Shown in pieces: positions 17,892-27,213 of a DNA stretch of 64,000 nt. The DNA comes from Patescibacteria group bacterium (GTDB taxonomy: Bacteria; Patescibacteriota; Microgenomatia; UBA10105; UBA927). The position numbers and the translations under genes were made by a program. The stretch spans positions 76,466 through 140,465 of the forward strand of contig DATKGN010000008.1 in the NCBI GenBank assembly GCA_035510735.1. Reading direction: 5' to 3'. The notes beneath the pieces are model-generated. The model was not told the DNA's origin. It ran no database searches and was given only the letters and a program-made list of their open reading frames with translations. The first letter of the stretch is position 1. Each line of letters starts with the position of its first letter.

Positions 17892-19820
17892 TTAGTACTG
17901 GACCTGATAGATGCGGACTGTCTGATTCTGGAATACCTGAGTGAGCGCCGGATACATCGTCCGCAAATCATCGACCCCGCCTGATATTTCCTGTTCTTCA
18001 GGACCGTAAAAAATATAATTAATGTGCTGAGAGGTTATCCAGCCCATTTCTTCGGCAAGTGTCAACCGTTTGACGTAAAAATTATTGACCGCCGCCATTT
18101 TATCTTCGAGCTGGACGGTATTGGCGTGGCCGACAAATGCGGTATTGCCGGAATAAACGGGAATATAATTTCCGGTCGTCATGCCGGATAATATGATGGC
18201 GCTTCTCGGCGTATTCACTTCAAGCCACACGATCCCGTCGATGATGTCGTGCATAGGATACATGACCTCAGCTCCCGACGGTACAAGCGGAATTGTCGCC
18301 CGGAGTTTGTGATCAACGAAATCCTTGAGCCACATGTAAGAGGACGACATCGTACCCATGCCGAAGAGGATAATGATGAGCGGAATAATAAGAATGACAC
18401 GCGCGGGGAGGTTTGTTTTTTCGAGCACTGTCACTGCGCGGGTTCTGGAAGCGGGTCCTGCCTCGGGCTTTCCCTCAAGAATACCCACAAGGGGACCCCT
18501 TCTTGGGGGTCCTCCAGCCCGCGTCACCCGCTCACCAAGCACTGACGGATGCGCAGAAAAAAGCAAACCGACCTTAGCGCGCGTATACAATTCATAAAAT
18601 AAATATGCTGTCAGAATTGCAAGCGGCACGTGCGGAGCCATCTGGGTAAACCGCGTCGGCGACTGGGCCGGAATTTTTTCAAATACGAACAAAAAGACGA
18701 GCCACGATGCAATCCACGCGATAAATACGCTGAATTTCGCGAACACATTCCACCGACGCAAAATGATAATAAGGAGGATCGCCAATAACCCCAAGGGCAG
18801 CGTCGGCCCCATCGCCATAAAATATTCAATCATAGAAAATTTCGTCGGATGAAGGACGTCGAATTCCGCAAGCCGTTTCCACGGATATTGAGACAGGAGA
18901 AGCGCAAAGTAGATAAATGTGGGCCCTGAAAGAACACCGAACACGAACCGTCCAAAGAGATCTTTTAGAAACCAGGACTTAATAACCGCGAAAGTAATTT
19001 TCCCCCCGCCTCGGCCTCCGAGTCCCCGCTCCCACCAGATTTTCATAAATTCAAAAAACGTAATGACTCCTAACACGCCATAAATAAACAGAAGTCCGGG
19101 TGGAAAAATAATTCCTAAAACGATACCGACAACGCCTAAAAATATATAATTCCCCGGATGTTTTTTCGAAATGAACCCGCCGGAGAATACCCAAAAAATA
19201 AATACCATCATCGCCTGGGCAAGAGTCACATGCGGCATAAACGTCGTCCGCTGAAGACTGTCCGACATCGTATACCACCCCATCCAGCCGCCAAGCCGTG
19301 GGACGCCTGCAACCACTTCAAACTTCGGCCAGGTCGACGCGGTAACGACAAGAAGAAATGCGATGAACTGCCACAATGGTTCAGTTTTGGGAACGATTCC
19401 CTTATCGCTGAAAAACCACTCAGCCGTCTTCCAGATGACCCAAAGAAGAAGCGCGCCGAAAAATACACGGGCGACATGATACGCAAACCAGATATACGGC
19501 GTCTGCACGTGAGCGTAATCAGCAAGTCTTCCGATAACGACATACATCACCTGCGAAAGTGACGGTGCATGAGGCTCTGATGTATATTTTTCCGTTGCGA
19601 GCCACGCTCCCTCTTTCCCCTCACGTATTCGGGATAAGTAAAGGTTATAGTCGGTTGGAAAGTTGTGGACGAGTTCAAAAAAACGGTCAGCGTGTATGCG
19701 CCCCCGCGCATTCCATTCATAGAACGTCGGCGCCATAGAAAGAAGAATAAAAAAGATAATAAACCCGACAACGATGTATTGAATTTGTGAATTTCCGCTC
19801 GTTCGTTTCATGATAATCAC
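17892..19820 (-). CDS. Polytopic membrane protein, putative GT-C glycosyltransferase, subfamily B, with a GC-rich Pro/Gly/Arg-rich in-frame insert
   Basis: 642 aa, multi-TM. C-terminal AIILSGMTTGNYIPVYSGN...FYVKRLTLAEEMGWITSQHINYIFYG module shared with 2582, 9782 and 19896. Residues ...GERVTRAGGPPRRGPLVGILEGKPEAGPASRTRAV... are encoded by an unusually GC-rich block at about 18,420-18,560. Confidence 0.7.
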   Translation of the reverse strand: MIIMKRTSGNSQIQYIVVGFIIFFILLSMAPTFYEWNARGRIHADRFFELVHNFPTDYNLYLSRIREGKEGAWLATEKYTSEPHAPSLSQVMYVVIGRLADYAHVQTPYIWFAYHVARVFFGALLLWVIWKTAEWFFSDKGIVPKTEPLWQFIAFLLVVTASTWPKFEVVAGVPRLGGWMGWYTMSDSLQRTTFMPHVTLAQAMMVFIFWVFSGGFISKKHPGNYIFLGVVGIVLGIIFPPGLLFIYGVLGVITFFEFMKIWWERGLGGRGGGKITFAVIKSWFLKDLFGRFVFGVLSGPTFIYFALLLSQYPWKRLAEFDVLHPTKFSMIEYFMAMGPTLPLGLLAILLIIILRRWNVFAKFSVFIAWIASWLVFLFVFEKIPAQSPTRFTQMAPHVPLAILTAYLFYELYTRAKVGLLFSAHPSVLGERVTRAGGPPRRGPLVGILEGKPEAGPASRTRAVTVLEKTNLPARVILIIPLIIILFGMGTMSSSYMWLKDFVDHKLRATIPLVPSGAEVMYPMHDIIDGIVWLEVNTPRSAIILSGMTTGNYIPVYSGNTAFVGHANTVQLEDKMAAVNNFYVKRLTLAEEMGWITSQHINYIFYGPEEQEISGGVDDLRTMYPALTQVFQNQTVRIYQVQY

Positions 19821-19895
19821 CCTTGCAACGATCTCACTAATACTCTACAGTCTACTATGCTATAAAGAGAAGGACAACGTACTGAATTTACTGTT

Positions 19896-21500
19896 ATGAA
19901 TCTTATCGTCACCGGAATTATTATCCTTACCACGTTCTTGAACATCAGCAGTTATTTTGTACTCGCGACACGGACACCGCAGTTTACGGTATTTTTAGGA
20001 ACCGTCCACTACCCGATGGATTATCTCGACTACCTTGCATTTATCACGCAGGGGAAAAACCACTGGTTCTTAAGTTATCACGTTTTTACCGGTGAAACCA
20101 CGCGGCTCGAACTGTTGAATTGGATATACACATTTGGCGGACACATCGGGTCTTTTTTTCATCTCACTGCACCGATCACCTATCAAGTGCTTGTTGTAGT
20201 GGCGAGCGCCGCATATCTGTATATCGCCTACCGGCTCGCATCACTTCTGTTTCCGACAAACAAAACCACCAGGCTTATCGCCTATATTCTCTTTTTGTTA
20301 AGCAATGAGTTTCCTAAAATTTATGCAGATCACGGAATTTGGATATTCTCTTACTTTTACCCCTGGAATAACATTGGAGAACCGCTTGTCCGGCTGACCA
20401 ACGTACCGCATCATCTGTTCATCCAGTTCGGCATTATGGCAGCGTTCGTCGCTGGGATTACCTACTGGCTCAAGTTAGGAAAAAAGCATCTTATCATCCT
20501 CGCATTCTTAGGATGTTTCGTCGCAAGTATGCAGCCCCTCCAGTGGGCTCTGGTCACCGGGGTTTTGGGGGTAAGCGGTTTGTTTGCCTGGTGGCAAACA
20601 AAAACAGAGGAACGGAGAACTACACTCGTCAAACAGGGATTATTTGCATTTCTTCCGTCCGTTATCTTTTTCCTTTCCGGATTACCCGTTGCCATATATC
20701 TCAAACATCTCTATGTACTTGCGCCCTATGATTACACGCTCATATGGGAAGCAACACAACAGGTGCGGTTAACTATCCTCCAATTTATTATTCTCAACGG
20801 TCCTCTCATGGTACTTGCCATTCTTGCGATCCCGTTCGTCGTTAAGAAAATAACAATACGGGAATTTCCGATTATTTTTTACTCCGTCTTCGTCATCGCC
20901 GTCTTTTTTTCACCGATTCCTGATTATGCAAAAATATTAAACCTCAGGTTTCTCTCCGTCATCCCGACGTTCGCATGCGCGTATCTGGCGGCCCGCCTCA
21001 TCTGGCTTGCCGCCGCAAAAGTTGATCCGAAACGAAAAAACATGCTTGCCTGGTTTTTAAGCATTGTGGCACTATCAATTACCCTTCCGGTCACCGCGAA
21101 CCAGTTTTATAGCCGGACATTAACCGTAGGACCGACGGATGTGAATGCGTACCTGCCCCTTGGAGCATATGAGACATTCAATGTTGCACAGCGGGTCGTT
21201 GGCCCCACAGAAACAGCACTGGTTGAACCATTGTTTTCCGATACATTCGCCGGTTTAACCGGAAAACATGTATTTGTTTCCAATGAATTTGCAACAATTG
21301 ATTACACAAGAAAAATACAGGAAGCCACGGATTTTTATTACAATAAACAGTTATCGGATTCTTATAAAATCGCATGGCTTCACAAAAACCATATTTCATA
21401 TATTTTTACTTATGCGTGGGTGCCGATTTATCTCCCTAATCTTAGCATCGTGTATCAGAATCAATATGCTATATTCTATAAAGTAACAAACGCGAAATGA
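19896..21500 (+). CDS. Polytopic membrane protein, putative GT-C glycosyltransferase, subfamily B
   Basis: 534 aa, multi-TM. HYPMDYLDYLAF loop. C-terminal FYYNKQLSDSYKIAWLHKNHISYIFT module homologous to the other subfamily-B members. Confidence 0.7.
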   Translation: MNLIVTGIIILTTFLNISSYFVLATRTPQFTVFLGTVHYPMDYLDYLAFITQGKNHWFLSYHVFTGETTRLELLNWIYTFGGHIGSFFHLTAPITYQVLVVVASAAYLYIAYRLASLLFPTNKTTRLIAYILFLLSNEFPKIYADHGIWIFSYFYPWNNIGEPLVRLTNVPHHLFIQFGIMAAFVAGITYWLKLGKKHLIILAFLGCFVASMQPLQWALVTGVLGVSGLFAWWQTKTEERRTTLVKQGLFAFLPSVIFFLSGLPVAIYLKHLYVLAPYDYTLIWEATQQVRLTILQFIILNGPLMVLAILAIPFVVKKITIREFPIIFYSVFVIAVFFSPIPDYAKILNLRFLSVIPTFACAYLAARLIWLAAAKVDPKRKNMLAWFLSIVALSITLPVTANQFYSRTLTVGPTDVNAYLPLGAYETFNVAQRVVGPTETALVEPLFSDTFAGLTGKHVFVSNEFATIDYTRKIQEATDFYYNKQLSDSYKIAWLHKNHISYIFTYAWVPIYLPNLSIVYQNQYAIFYKVTNAK

Positions 21501-21531
21501 TGATCAAAATATTTACAAAAGTTGTGCTACA

Positions 21532-22299
21532 ATGACGAAAATTATGGATACGGGTGAAAGTGAACAAATTCCGCCGATAAAAAATACCGCGATTATCGCA
21601 ATAGGCGTAAGTGTGGCCGTCATTGCCCTTATCATCCTCCAACATAACCTGGCGTTTCAGGGAGTCGGAACCATCGTCCTTCCGGCCGGCGGCACATATT
21701 TGGGTCCGACGGATACAACAACCCCCGCGCCTGCGATTACGACACCCGCACCGGTTGCGCCAACGGTAACCGTATCAACAACTCCGACCGCACCGACTAA
21801 AAACGGCACATACACGACCGCACAGGGTAAATTTGCCGTAACGAAAGATGCCGTATGGGTCACAGTGAAAGGAAATAAATATCCGTATTCATTTAAGAAG
21901 CCGTCAGCGTTAAACCTCGTCACGTTTCCTAATGACCAGTTCGATATCTATGCTATTTCCTGGAACGGACAGCCGCCGGATCAGAATGTACTCATCGGAG
22001 TCGACAATCTCAATAGAACTGATGCATTGAAACAATATATCGATGTATCAAAACGGACATATGTCGAGAACTGGTGGAAACAATTCGGACTGAAAGGAAT
22101 CGGATCGATAACAGAATTTACCAACAGCCACGGCCTCAAAGGCTACCGCGCAAAATTCCTCAATAGTGCGGGCCAGACTCCTAATGATGATGTCTTTTTT
22201 GAAACACCAAATCCCATCTACGTCATCCATATCGCAAGTGGCGTACTTGATTCTTCCGTTTTTGATCCGCTCATTGATAGTGTCGCGTGGGGAAAATAA
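21532..22299 (+). CDS. Membrane-anchored protein with a Thr/Pro-rich linker and a C-terminal globular domain
   Basis: 255 aa. One N-terminal TM (AIIAIGVSVAVIALIIL), then TDTTTPAPAITTPAPVAPTVTVSTTPTAPT, then an aromatic-rich domain. Confidence 0.65.
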   Translation: MTKIMDTGESEQIPPIKNTAIIAIGVSVAVIALIILQHNLAFQGVGTIVLPAGGTYLGPTDTTTPAPAITTPAPVAPTVTVSTTPTAPTKNGTYTTAQGKFAVTKDAVWVTVKGNKYPYSFKKPSALNLVTFPNDQFDIYAISWNGQPPDQNVLIGVDNLNRTDALKQYIDVSKRTYVENWWKQFGLKGIGSITEFTNSHGLKGYRAKFLNSAGQTPNDDVFFETPNPIYVIHIASGVLDSSVFDPLIDSVAWGK

Positions 22300-22313
22300 T
22301 CCGCTCACTCACT

Positions 22314-24218
22314 ATGAAAAAAGTGTTGACATTTGTCACGAATCCGACTAATTTTCAATTCCTGCTCGGTGTTGCGCTTTTACTCCGGCTTGTTCTCATC
22401 CCGAATCCCGGATTTGAGGCAGACGTGGCTTTCTGGAAATCCTGGGGATTGGCGGTACGCGATTTCGGCATCGTCAAAGGGCTCCCGCTCACGAATTTTA
22501 ATTATCCTTCACCCTTTGCCTACGTTTTGGCGCTTATGGCCGATGTGTACAGCTTTTTTGCCAATCCGCATAATTATAATGAATACTGGAACAACGCCAA
22601 CGTCCTTTTTCTCGCCATCTGCAAAACGCCGTCGATTCTCGCAGACTTCGGCATATTTGCCGTCATTCTCTGGATCGGTAAAAATGCCAAACGCATAGGA
22701 TTCCCCCAGCTCCCCATGCCGTTTTACACGACCCTCGCATTTATCTATCTCTTAAGCCCGCTTGCCATGCTTGACGGCGCGCTTTGGGGCCAGGTGGACA
22801 GCCTCGGCGTCGTTATTTTCCTTATCGCAAACTGCCTCGTCCTCCGGAAAAAACCGTTCCTCGCCGGCATCGTCTATATGATCGCGATGATGACAAAACT
22901 CCAGAATATGATTTACGGCCCGGTATTTTTCCTGTTTATCTGGCAGTACTTGGGATTTGAAGGATTCATGCAGGCGGTCGGCGGAGCGGCGCTCACCTTT
23001 TTCTCACTCAATATTGAATTCGTTTTAAATAGGGATATGTCGCGGGTCGCCGGTGACTTGACCGGCAACTACGATTACTTCCCGTGGATGTCCTTAAACG
23101 CCTATAACGTGTGGTGGATCGTATCGGGCGCACATGGTATGCAGATGTCGGATAAAAATATGGCCATAGGCATCGTAAACGCCAAGACGGTCGGACTTTA
23201 TATGTTTGCCTCAACGTATCTTCTCTCCGTTCTCACGATGCTCAAGGGGAAATTTTTGCCGTCCAACAATAGAGCAATTCAACAATTTAACAATGAAGGC
23301 ACCCTGAATAGTCCGATTGTCTCCCGCGAGCTCCTATTTAGATATTTGAGCGGATTAATAATCGCTGCCTCCGGCTTTTTTCTTTTTCAGACGGAATCCC
23401 ACGACCGGTACGCGTTTCCGGTAATCGTGTTTTTACTGCTCTGGGGGCCATTATGGATCACAAGAAATAAGAAAGAAATAATCGAACGGGAAATCACCCC
23501 CTTATTTACGTCATTTATCGTGGGATATATTCTCATCACGCTTCTCTATTTTTACAATCTTCACAACGCATTTATTCAGAACTACCCTCATAACGGCATT
23601 TCGTTTCTGACGGGACTCAATATTCCCACCCTAACGATTCTTGCTTCCCTTGCACAGATCGGGGTATTTGGCTATTTTCTCTATATATTACGGCGCTATA
23701 TCACAACACCGATTTTTGCATCGTGCGTGGGTATTTGTATCCTTCTTATTATTGCCAAGGATATGCCGCTCATCACGAAAAAACCGGTCTATATCACAAA
23801 ACTTACACCGATCTCAGCGACGGCAGGCTATGGAAGCCGCCAGGTTGATATGCCGGTCATGGCAAGCTTCGGATTTAGCAAATGGGGCTTCTTATCAACC
23901 CAATACGCATTTTACCATCATGGTATCGGCACCCACGCGCCTGCACGCGAGGTGTATGATATCAACCGGAATTTTAAAACACTAACGACGGATGTCGGCA
24001 TCGACACAAACGGCGGGCCTCAGGGAAGCGTCGAGTTTGACGTCTACGGCGACGGAAAACAGCTTTATTCGTCAGGTCTCGTCACGCGGTATCAATTCCC
24101 GAGACACGCAAATATCAATGTCACCGGCGTCAAGACACTCGAACTCATTGTGACAGACGGCGGCAACGGCAATGTCGATGATCACGCGGATTGGCTCAAT
24201 ACACAATTGATACCATAA
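22314..24218 (+). CDS. GT-C-like polytopic membrane protein fused to a C-terminal NPCBM-type carbohydrate-binding domain
   Basis: N-terminal EADVAFWKSWGLAV loop after TM1 and at least 10 TM segments. The C-terminal ~150 aa (YAFYHHGIGTHAPAREVYDI...VGIDTNGGPQGSVEFDVYGDGKQLYSSGLV...LELIVTDGGNGNVDDHADWLNTQL) match the NPCBM/NEW2 signature. Start moved to Met at 22314, because the track start at 22287 overlaps the previous gene. Confidence 0.7.
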   Translation: MKKVLTFVTNPTNFQFLLGVALLLRLVLIPNPGFEADVAFWKSWGLAVRDFGIVKGLPLTNFNYPSPFAYVLALMADVYSFFANPHNYNEYWNNANVLFLAICKTPSILADFGIFAVILWIGKNAKRIGFPQLPMPFYTTLAFIYLLSPLAMLDGALWGQVDSLGVVIFLIANCLVLRKKPFLAGIVYMIAMMTKLQNMIYGPVFFLFIWQYLGFEGFMQAVGGAALTFFSLNIEFVLNRDMSRVAGDLTGNYDYFPWMSLNAYNVWWIVSGAHGMQMSDKNMAIGIVNAKTVGLYMFASTYLLSVLTMLKGKFLPSNNRAIQQFNNEGTLNSPIVSRELLFRYLSGLIIAASGFFLFQTESHDRYAFPVIVFLLLWGPLWITRNKKEIIEREITPLFTSFIVGYILITLLYFYNLHNAFIQNYPHNGISFLTGLNIPTLTILASLAQIGVFGYFLYILRRYITTPIFASCVGICILLIIAKDMPLITKKPVYITKLTPISATAGYGSRQVDMPVMASFGFSKWGFLSTQYAFYHHGIGTHAPAREVYDINRNFKTLTTDVGIDTNGGPQGSVEFDVYGDGKQLYSSGLVTRYQFPRHANINVTGVKTLELIVTDGGNGNVDDHADWLNTQLIP

Positions 24219-24389
24219 ATAAAAAGTTATTTAGTTAGTTTGTTACTTAGTTACTTAGTTTAATGGAGAGTTGAGTAAATAGATTTATATAATGAAATCA
24301 AGCTATGCGAAGGATAAAATTTTATCACAAGCAATAGAAGATATTGCATAAAATAATAAGGAGGTTCGCAATACATTTTTGAAGACAAC

Positions 24390-24436
24390 TGCGCGTTTGC
24401 GCTAGACTGAGAGAACGACATGATGGCAAACGCGCA
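24390..24436 (+). promoter_or_regulatory. 11-bp perfect inverted repeat tgcgcgtttgc / gcaaacgcgca (25-nt spacer) in the leader of the 24499 gene
   Basis: Read directly at 24390-24400 and 24426-24436. A consensus SD, aaggagg, lies at 24357-24363 with no conventional ORF behind it. Confidence 0.35.
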
Positions 24437-24498
24437 TTTAGTGAGGTCGGAAATAACTGATACGTCGAGGGCATCACGCCGAACGGGTCTGAAAAAAT

Positions 24499-27213
24499 GT
24501 GTTGCGAATCTTAAATGAGATGAAAAAACTGACGAAAGAAAAAATAGTTGCACTCATACTCCTCCTCTTTGCCGTGGGATTTAATCTATGGTTGTATAAA
24601 TTGGAGCCGACGGCGACGATTGACCCGAATGACAATGCATTCCAATTCGGTTTGGTTGATAGGACAAACACCATATGGGATTTTGCAATCAAAAAGTGTT
24701 CATCTTCGCTCGGCGGGATTCTCACCTTCCCCATTTGTCAATTCAGCTATCTCGGCGACCACTGGGTCCACAACTGGGCGGATGGATTCAACTTGCCATT
24801 CTACTACTCCCACGTGCCCCAGATCCTTATCGTGGCCTCATGGCGGTTTATCGCCCTTTTTGCGCCTCAGTTGAGCCTATTTACCTATTATCATATAGTT
24901 ATCTACTTATTATTATGTCTCTTCCCCATTTCCGTCTTTATCGCTCTCCGGGTAATGGGCCTCTCGTGGATGACGGCAGGCGTGGGAGCTCTGTTTGCCA
25001 CAAATCTCTCAACCGACGGCCTTTATGGCCTGGACCCGTCATCTTTCCTCTGGCGGGGCTACGGCCTCTCAAGTCAGCTGTTTGCCATGATCTGGCTCCC
25101 GCAGGCTATCGCCTACAGCTACCGGTTCTTCGCCGCTCAGGAGGGTGAGGAAGTCGGGAAACGATTTTTGAGAGAACTGGCGTCCGGACTCAAATATCTT
25201 TGGGTAAAAATGAACAGAGAAGGACGCCATTTAGCGAGCGGGGGAAACTCCAACCCTGTGCAAGAAGCCCAGCGAGCGACTCGAAAAAATTCGTTTCACG
25301 AATTCCTGATACCCGCGATCTTCTATATTACAGCGACAACCGCGGGACACTTGGGAATCGGCATGATCGCCATGCTCTCCGCCGGATTTCTCGGAATCGC
25401 TATTCCCATTATGAAAGTTTTCCGTCAGCAGACGTTCCGTGACGTCGTCGGATCGCTCAGAGAACAAATTATACGCGTCATTATCGTCTGCGGCGTCGCT
25501 ATATTTATTCTCGGCTATTGGATCATCCCGATCTTCATCTACGGCAACTATCACAACATCTCATTCTGGGACCCTGTGTGGAAGTTCAACTCCTATGGAA
25601 CCAAGGAAGTCATGATCCGTCTGTTTAACGGCGACCTCTTTGATTTTGGGCGGCTGCCGATTCTCACCTATCTCTCTATACTTGGAATAATAGTAAGTCT
25701 TAGCGCGGCGAGTTGGAAATTTTTTGAAGATCGCTTCTCGAGCTTAGCAAAATCAGGCAAAACAAAAAGTGAGCCTGTTGCGAGTAGCGGATCGAGAAAA
25801 ATTACCAACTCGCAAAGCCCCAACGAACCGACCTCAGCACGAACTGAGGATTATTCCCCTCTCGCCTTCCTTTTTATTTTCTGGTTATTATTCTACTTCG
25901 GGAGAACCACCTGGGGAGGACTCATCGACCTTATCCCGGGCATGAAAGATTTCCATTTATCCCGGTTTATCGTCGGTCTTCATGCCGCTGGTATGCTCCT
26001 TGCCCCCATCGGGTTTGTGTGGCTTGCCGAATTCGGATCACGAATCACGAATGACGGATTACGGAAACTTACGACGCTTCGTATTAATTATTCGTTTATT
26101 CGCTTATTCGCTTATTTAATTATTGGATTATTGTTAATCCCCCCCGTTTTTCAATGGACCATCACGTACAACACGTTGAATAATGACCTTATCGTGAGAG
26201 CAAACACTAACCACGCGAAAGTGGCGGCAGACGAGCAGAAATTATTTGCAAAACTCAATTCGCTTGAGCCCGCACGCGTGTTTGCCGGACGGGGCGGGAG
26301 CTTCGGCAAGAACTTCCGCGTTGCCGAGACCCCATACTTCATGGATCTGTCCACGTACGGCATTCCTACGACCCTGTGGCTGCCTGAAACATGGTCTATG
26401 AATTCGGACACCGAACAGTTTTTCTCCGAAGATCAGGCAAAAGACTACGATCTTTACAATATGAAATACGTGGCTGCCCCACCGGATCAGACACCGCAGC
26501 CATTTTGGACTCTCATCGATCAGGCGGCGACATGGAAACTCTATAGCGTCCCGACATCAGGTTACTTCACCGTGGGTATAAGGCCTGCCATCGTATCCAT
26601 CAATAAAATCAACTTTTACACCGTTGTCCACCTTTGGGTCCAGTCAGACGCGCACAAAAACGGGCTTTTCCCCGAGTTGACCTTTGATGCATCCTATCCC
26701 AAAACAACCGGTCTCCCGAATTTCAAAATGACCGATGAAGTGACCTATGTAACGCCCGATAAAAAAACACACAATCTGTTTGCCGAACCTCCAATCTACT
26801 TGCCTCCCGGTTTTATGTCGGTCGAACAATTTAACAATACAACAATAAAACAATACAACAATCTGAAGTTGATTGGCCCCGAGAAAAATGATACGAATAT
26901 GATTTTTTCGACGAAGGTAGATGTAGGCACAAATTGCCAACAGTGTCTCGTGATCCTCAAACAAACGTATCATCCATCCTGGCGCGCGTGGGTCGACGGA
27001 AAGCCGGTTAAGCCCATTATCGTCTTCCCCTTCTATATCGGTGTGCAGGTTGGTCAGCCAGGAGTCCATGAAGTAACGCTCGCCTATGAACCGTCACTCA
27101 TGAAAATGGCACTCCTCTATCTTGCGATCATCGCAATCGTTCTCTGGGTGATTGTGATAATATTACGAAGAAAAGATCAGAAATCCCTAACGTCTACGGT
27201 GAAACACGGGTAA
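24499..27213 (+). CDS. Large polytopic membrane protein (YfhO/GT-C-like size class) with low-complexity inserts
   Basis: 904 aa with at least 12 TM segments and a C-terminal TM anchor (ALLYLAIIAIVLWVIVIIL). Hydrophilic inserts (…NREGRHLASGGNSNPVQEAQRATRK…, …SGKTKSEPVASSGSRKITNSQSPNEPTSARTEDY…) separate TM blocks. The start may be Met at 24520. Confidence 0.7.
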   Translation: MLRILNEMKKLTKEKIVALILLLFAVGFNLWLYKLEPTATIDPNDNAFQFGLVDRTNTIWDFAIKKCSSSLGGILTFPICQFSYLGDHWVHNWADGFNLPFYYSHVPQILIVASWRFIALFAPQLSLFTYYHIVIYLLLCLFPISVFIALRVMGLSWMTAGVGALFATNLSTDGLYGLDPSSFLWRGYGLSSQLFAMIWLPQAIAYSYRFFAAQEGEEVGKRFLRELASGLKYLWVKMNREGRHLASGGNSNPVQEAQRATRKNSFHEFLIPAIFYITATTAGHLGIGMIAMLSAGFLGIAIPIMKVFRQQTFRDVVGSLREQIIRVIIVCGVAIFILGYWIIPIFIYGNYHNISFWDPVWKFNSYGTKEVMIRLFNGDLFDFGRLPILTYLSILGIIVSLSAASWKFFEDRFSSLAKSGKTKSEPVASSGSRKITNSQSPNEPTSARTEDYSPLAFLFIFWLLFYFGRTTWGGLIDLIPGMKDFHLSRFIVGLHAAGMLLAPIGFVWLAEFGSRITNDGLRKLTTLRINYSFIRLFAYLIIGLLLIPPVFQWTITYNTLNNDLIVRANTNHAKVAADEQKLFAKLNSLEPARVFAGRGGSFGKNFRVAETPYFMDLSTYGIPTTLWLPETWSMNSDTEQFFSEDQAKDYDLYNMKYVAAPPDQTPQPFWTLIDQAATWKLYSVPTSGYFTVGIRPAIVSINKINFYTVVHLWVQSDAHKNGLFPELTFDASYPKTTGLPNFKMTDEVTYVTPDKKTHNLFAEPPIYLPPGFMSVEQFNNTTIKQYNNLKLIGPEKNDTNMIFSTKVDVGTNCQQCLVILKQTYHPSWRAWVDGKPVKPIIVFPFYIGVQVGQPGVHEVTLAYEPSLMKMALLYLAIIAIVLWVIVIILRRKDQKSLTSTVKHG

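Noticed and set aside
24222-24252. AT-rich mini-tandem ttagttagtttgttacttagttacttagttt after the NPCBM-fusion gene
   Set aside because: A short, imperfect low-complexity spacer with no hairpin, so it is not convincingly a terminator or functional repeat.
9100-26053. Shared 16-mer atcacgaatcacgaat between the DegT gene and the 24499 gene as evidence of a dispersed element
   Set aside because: A single 16-nt low-complexity match in 64 kb is within chance expectation. It is kept only as a note under the heptamer-repeat finding.
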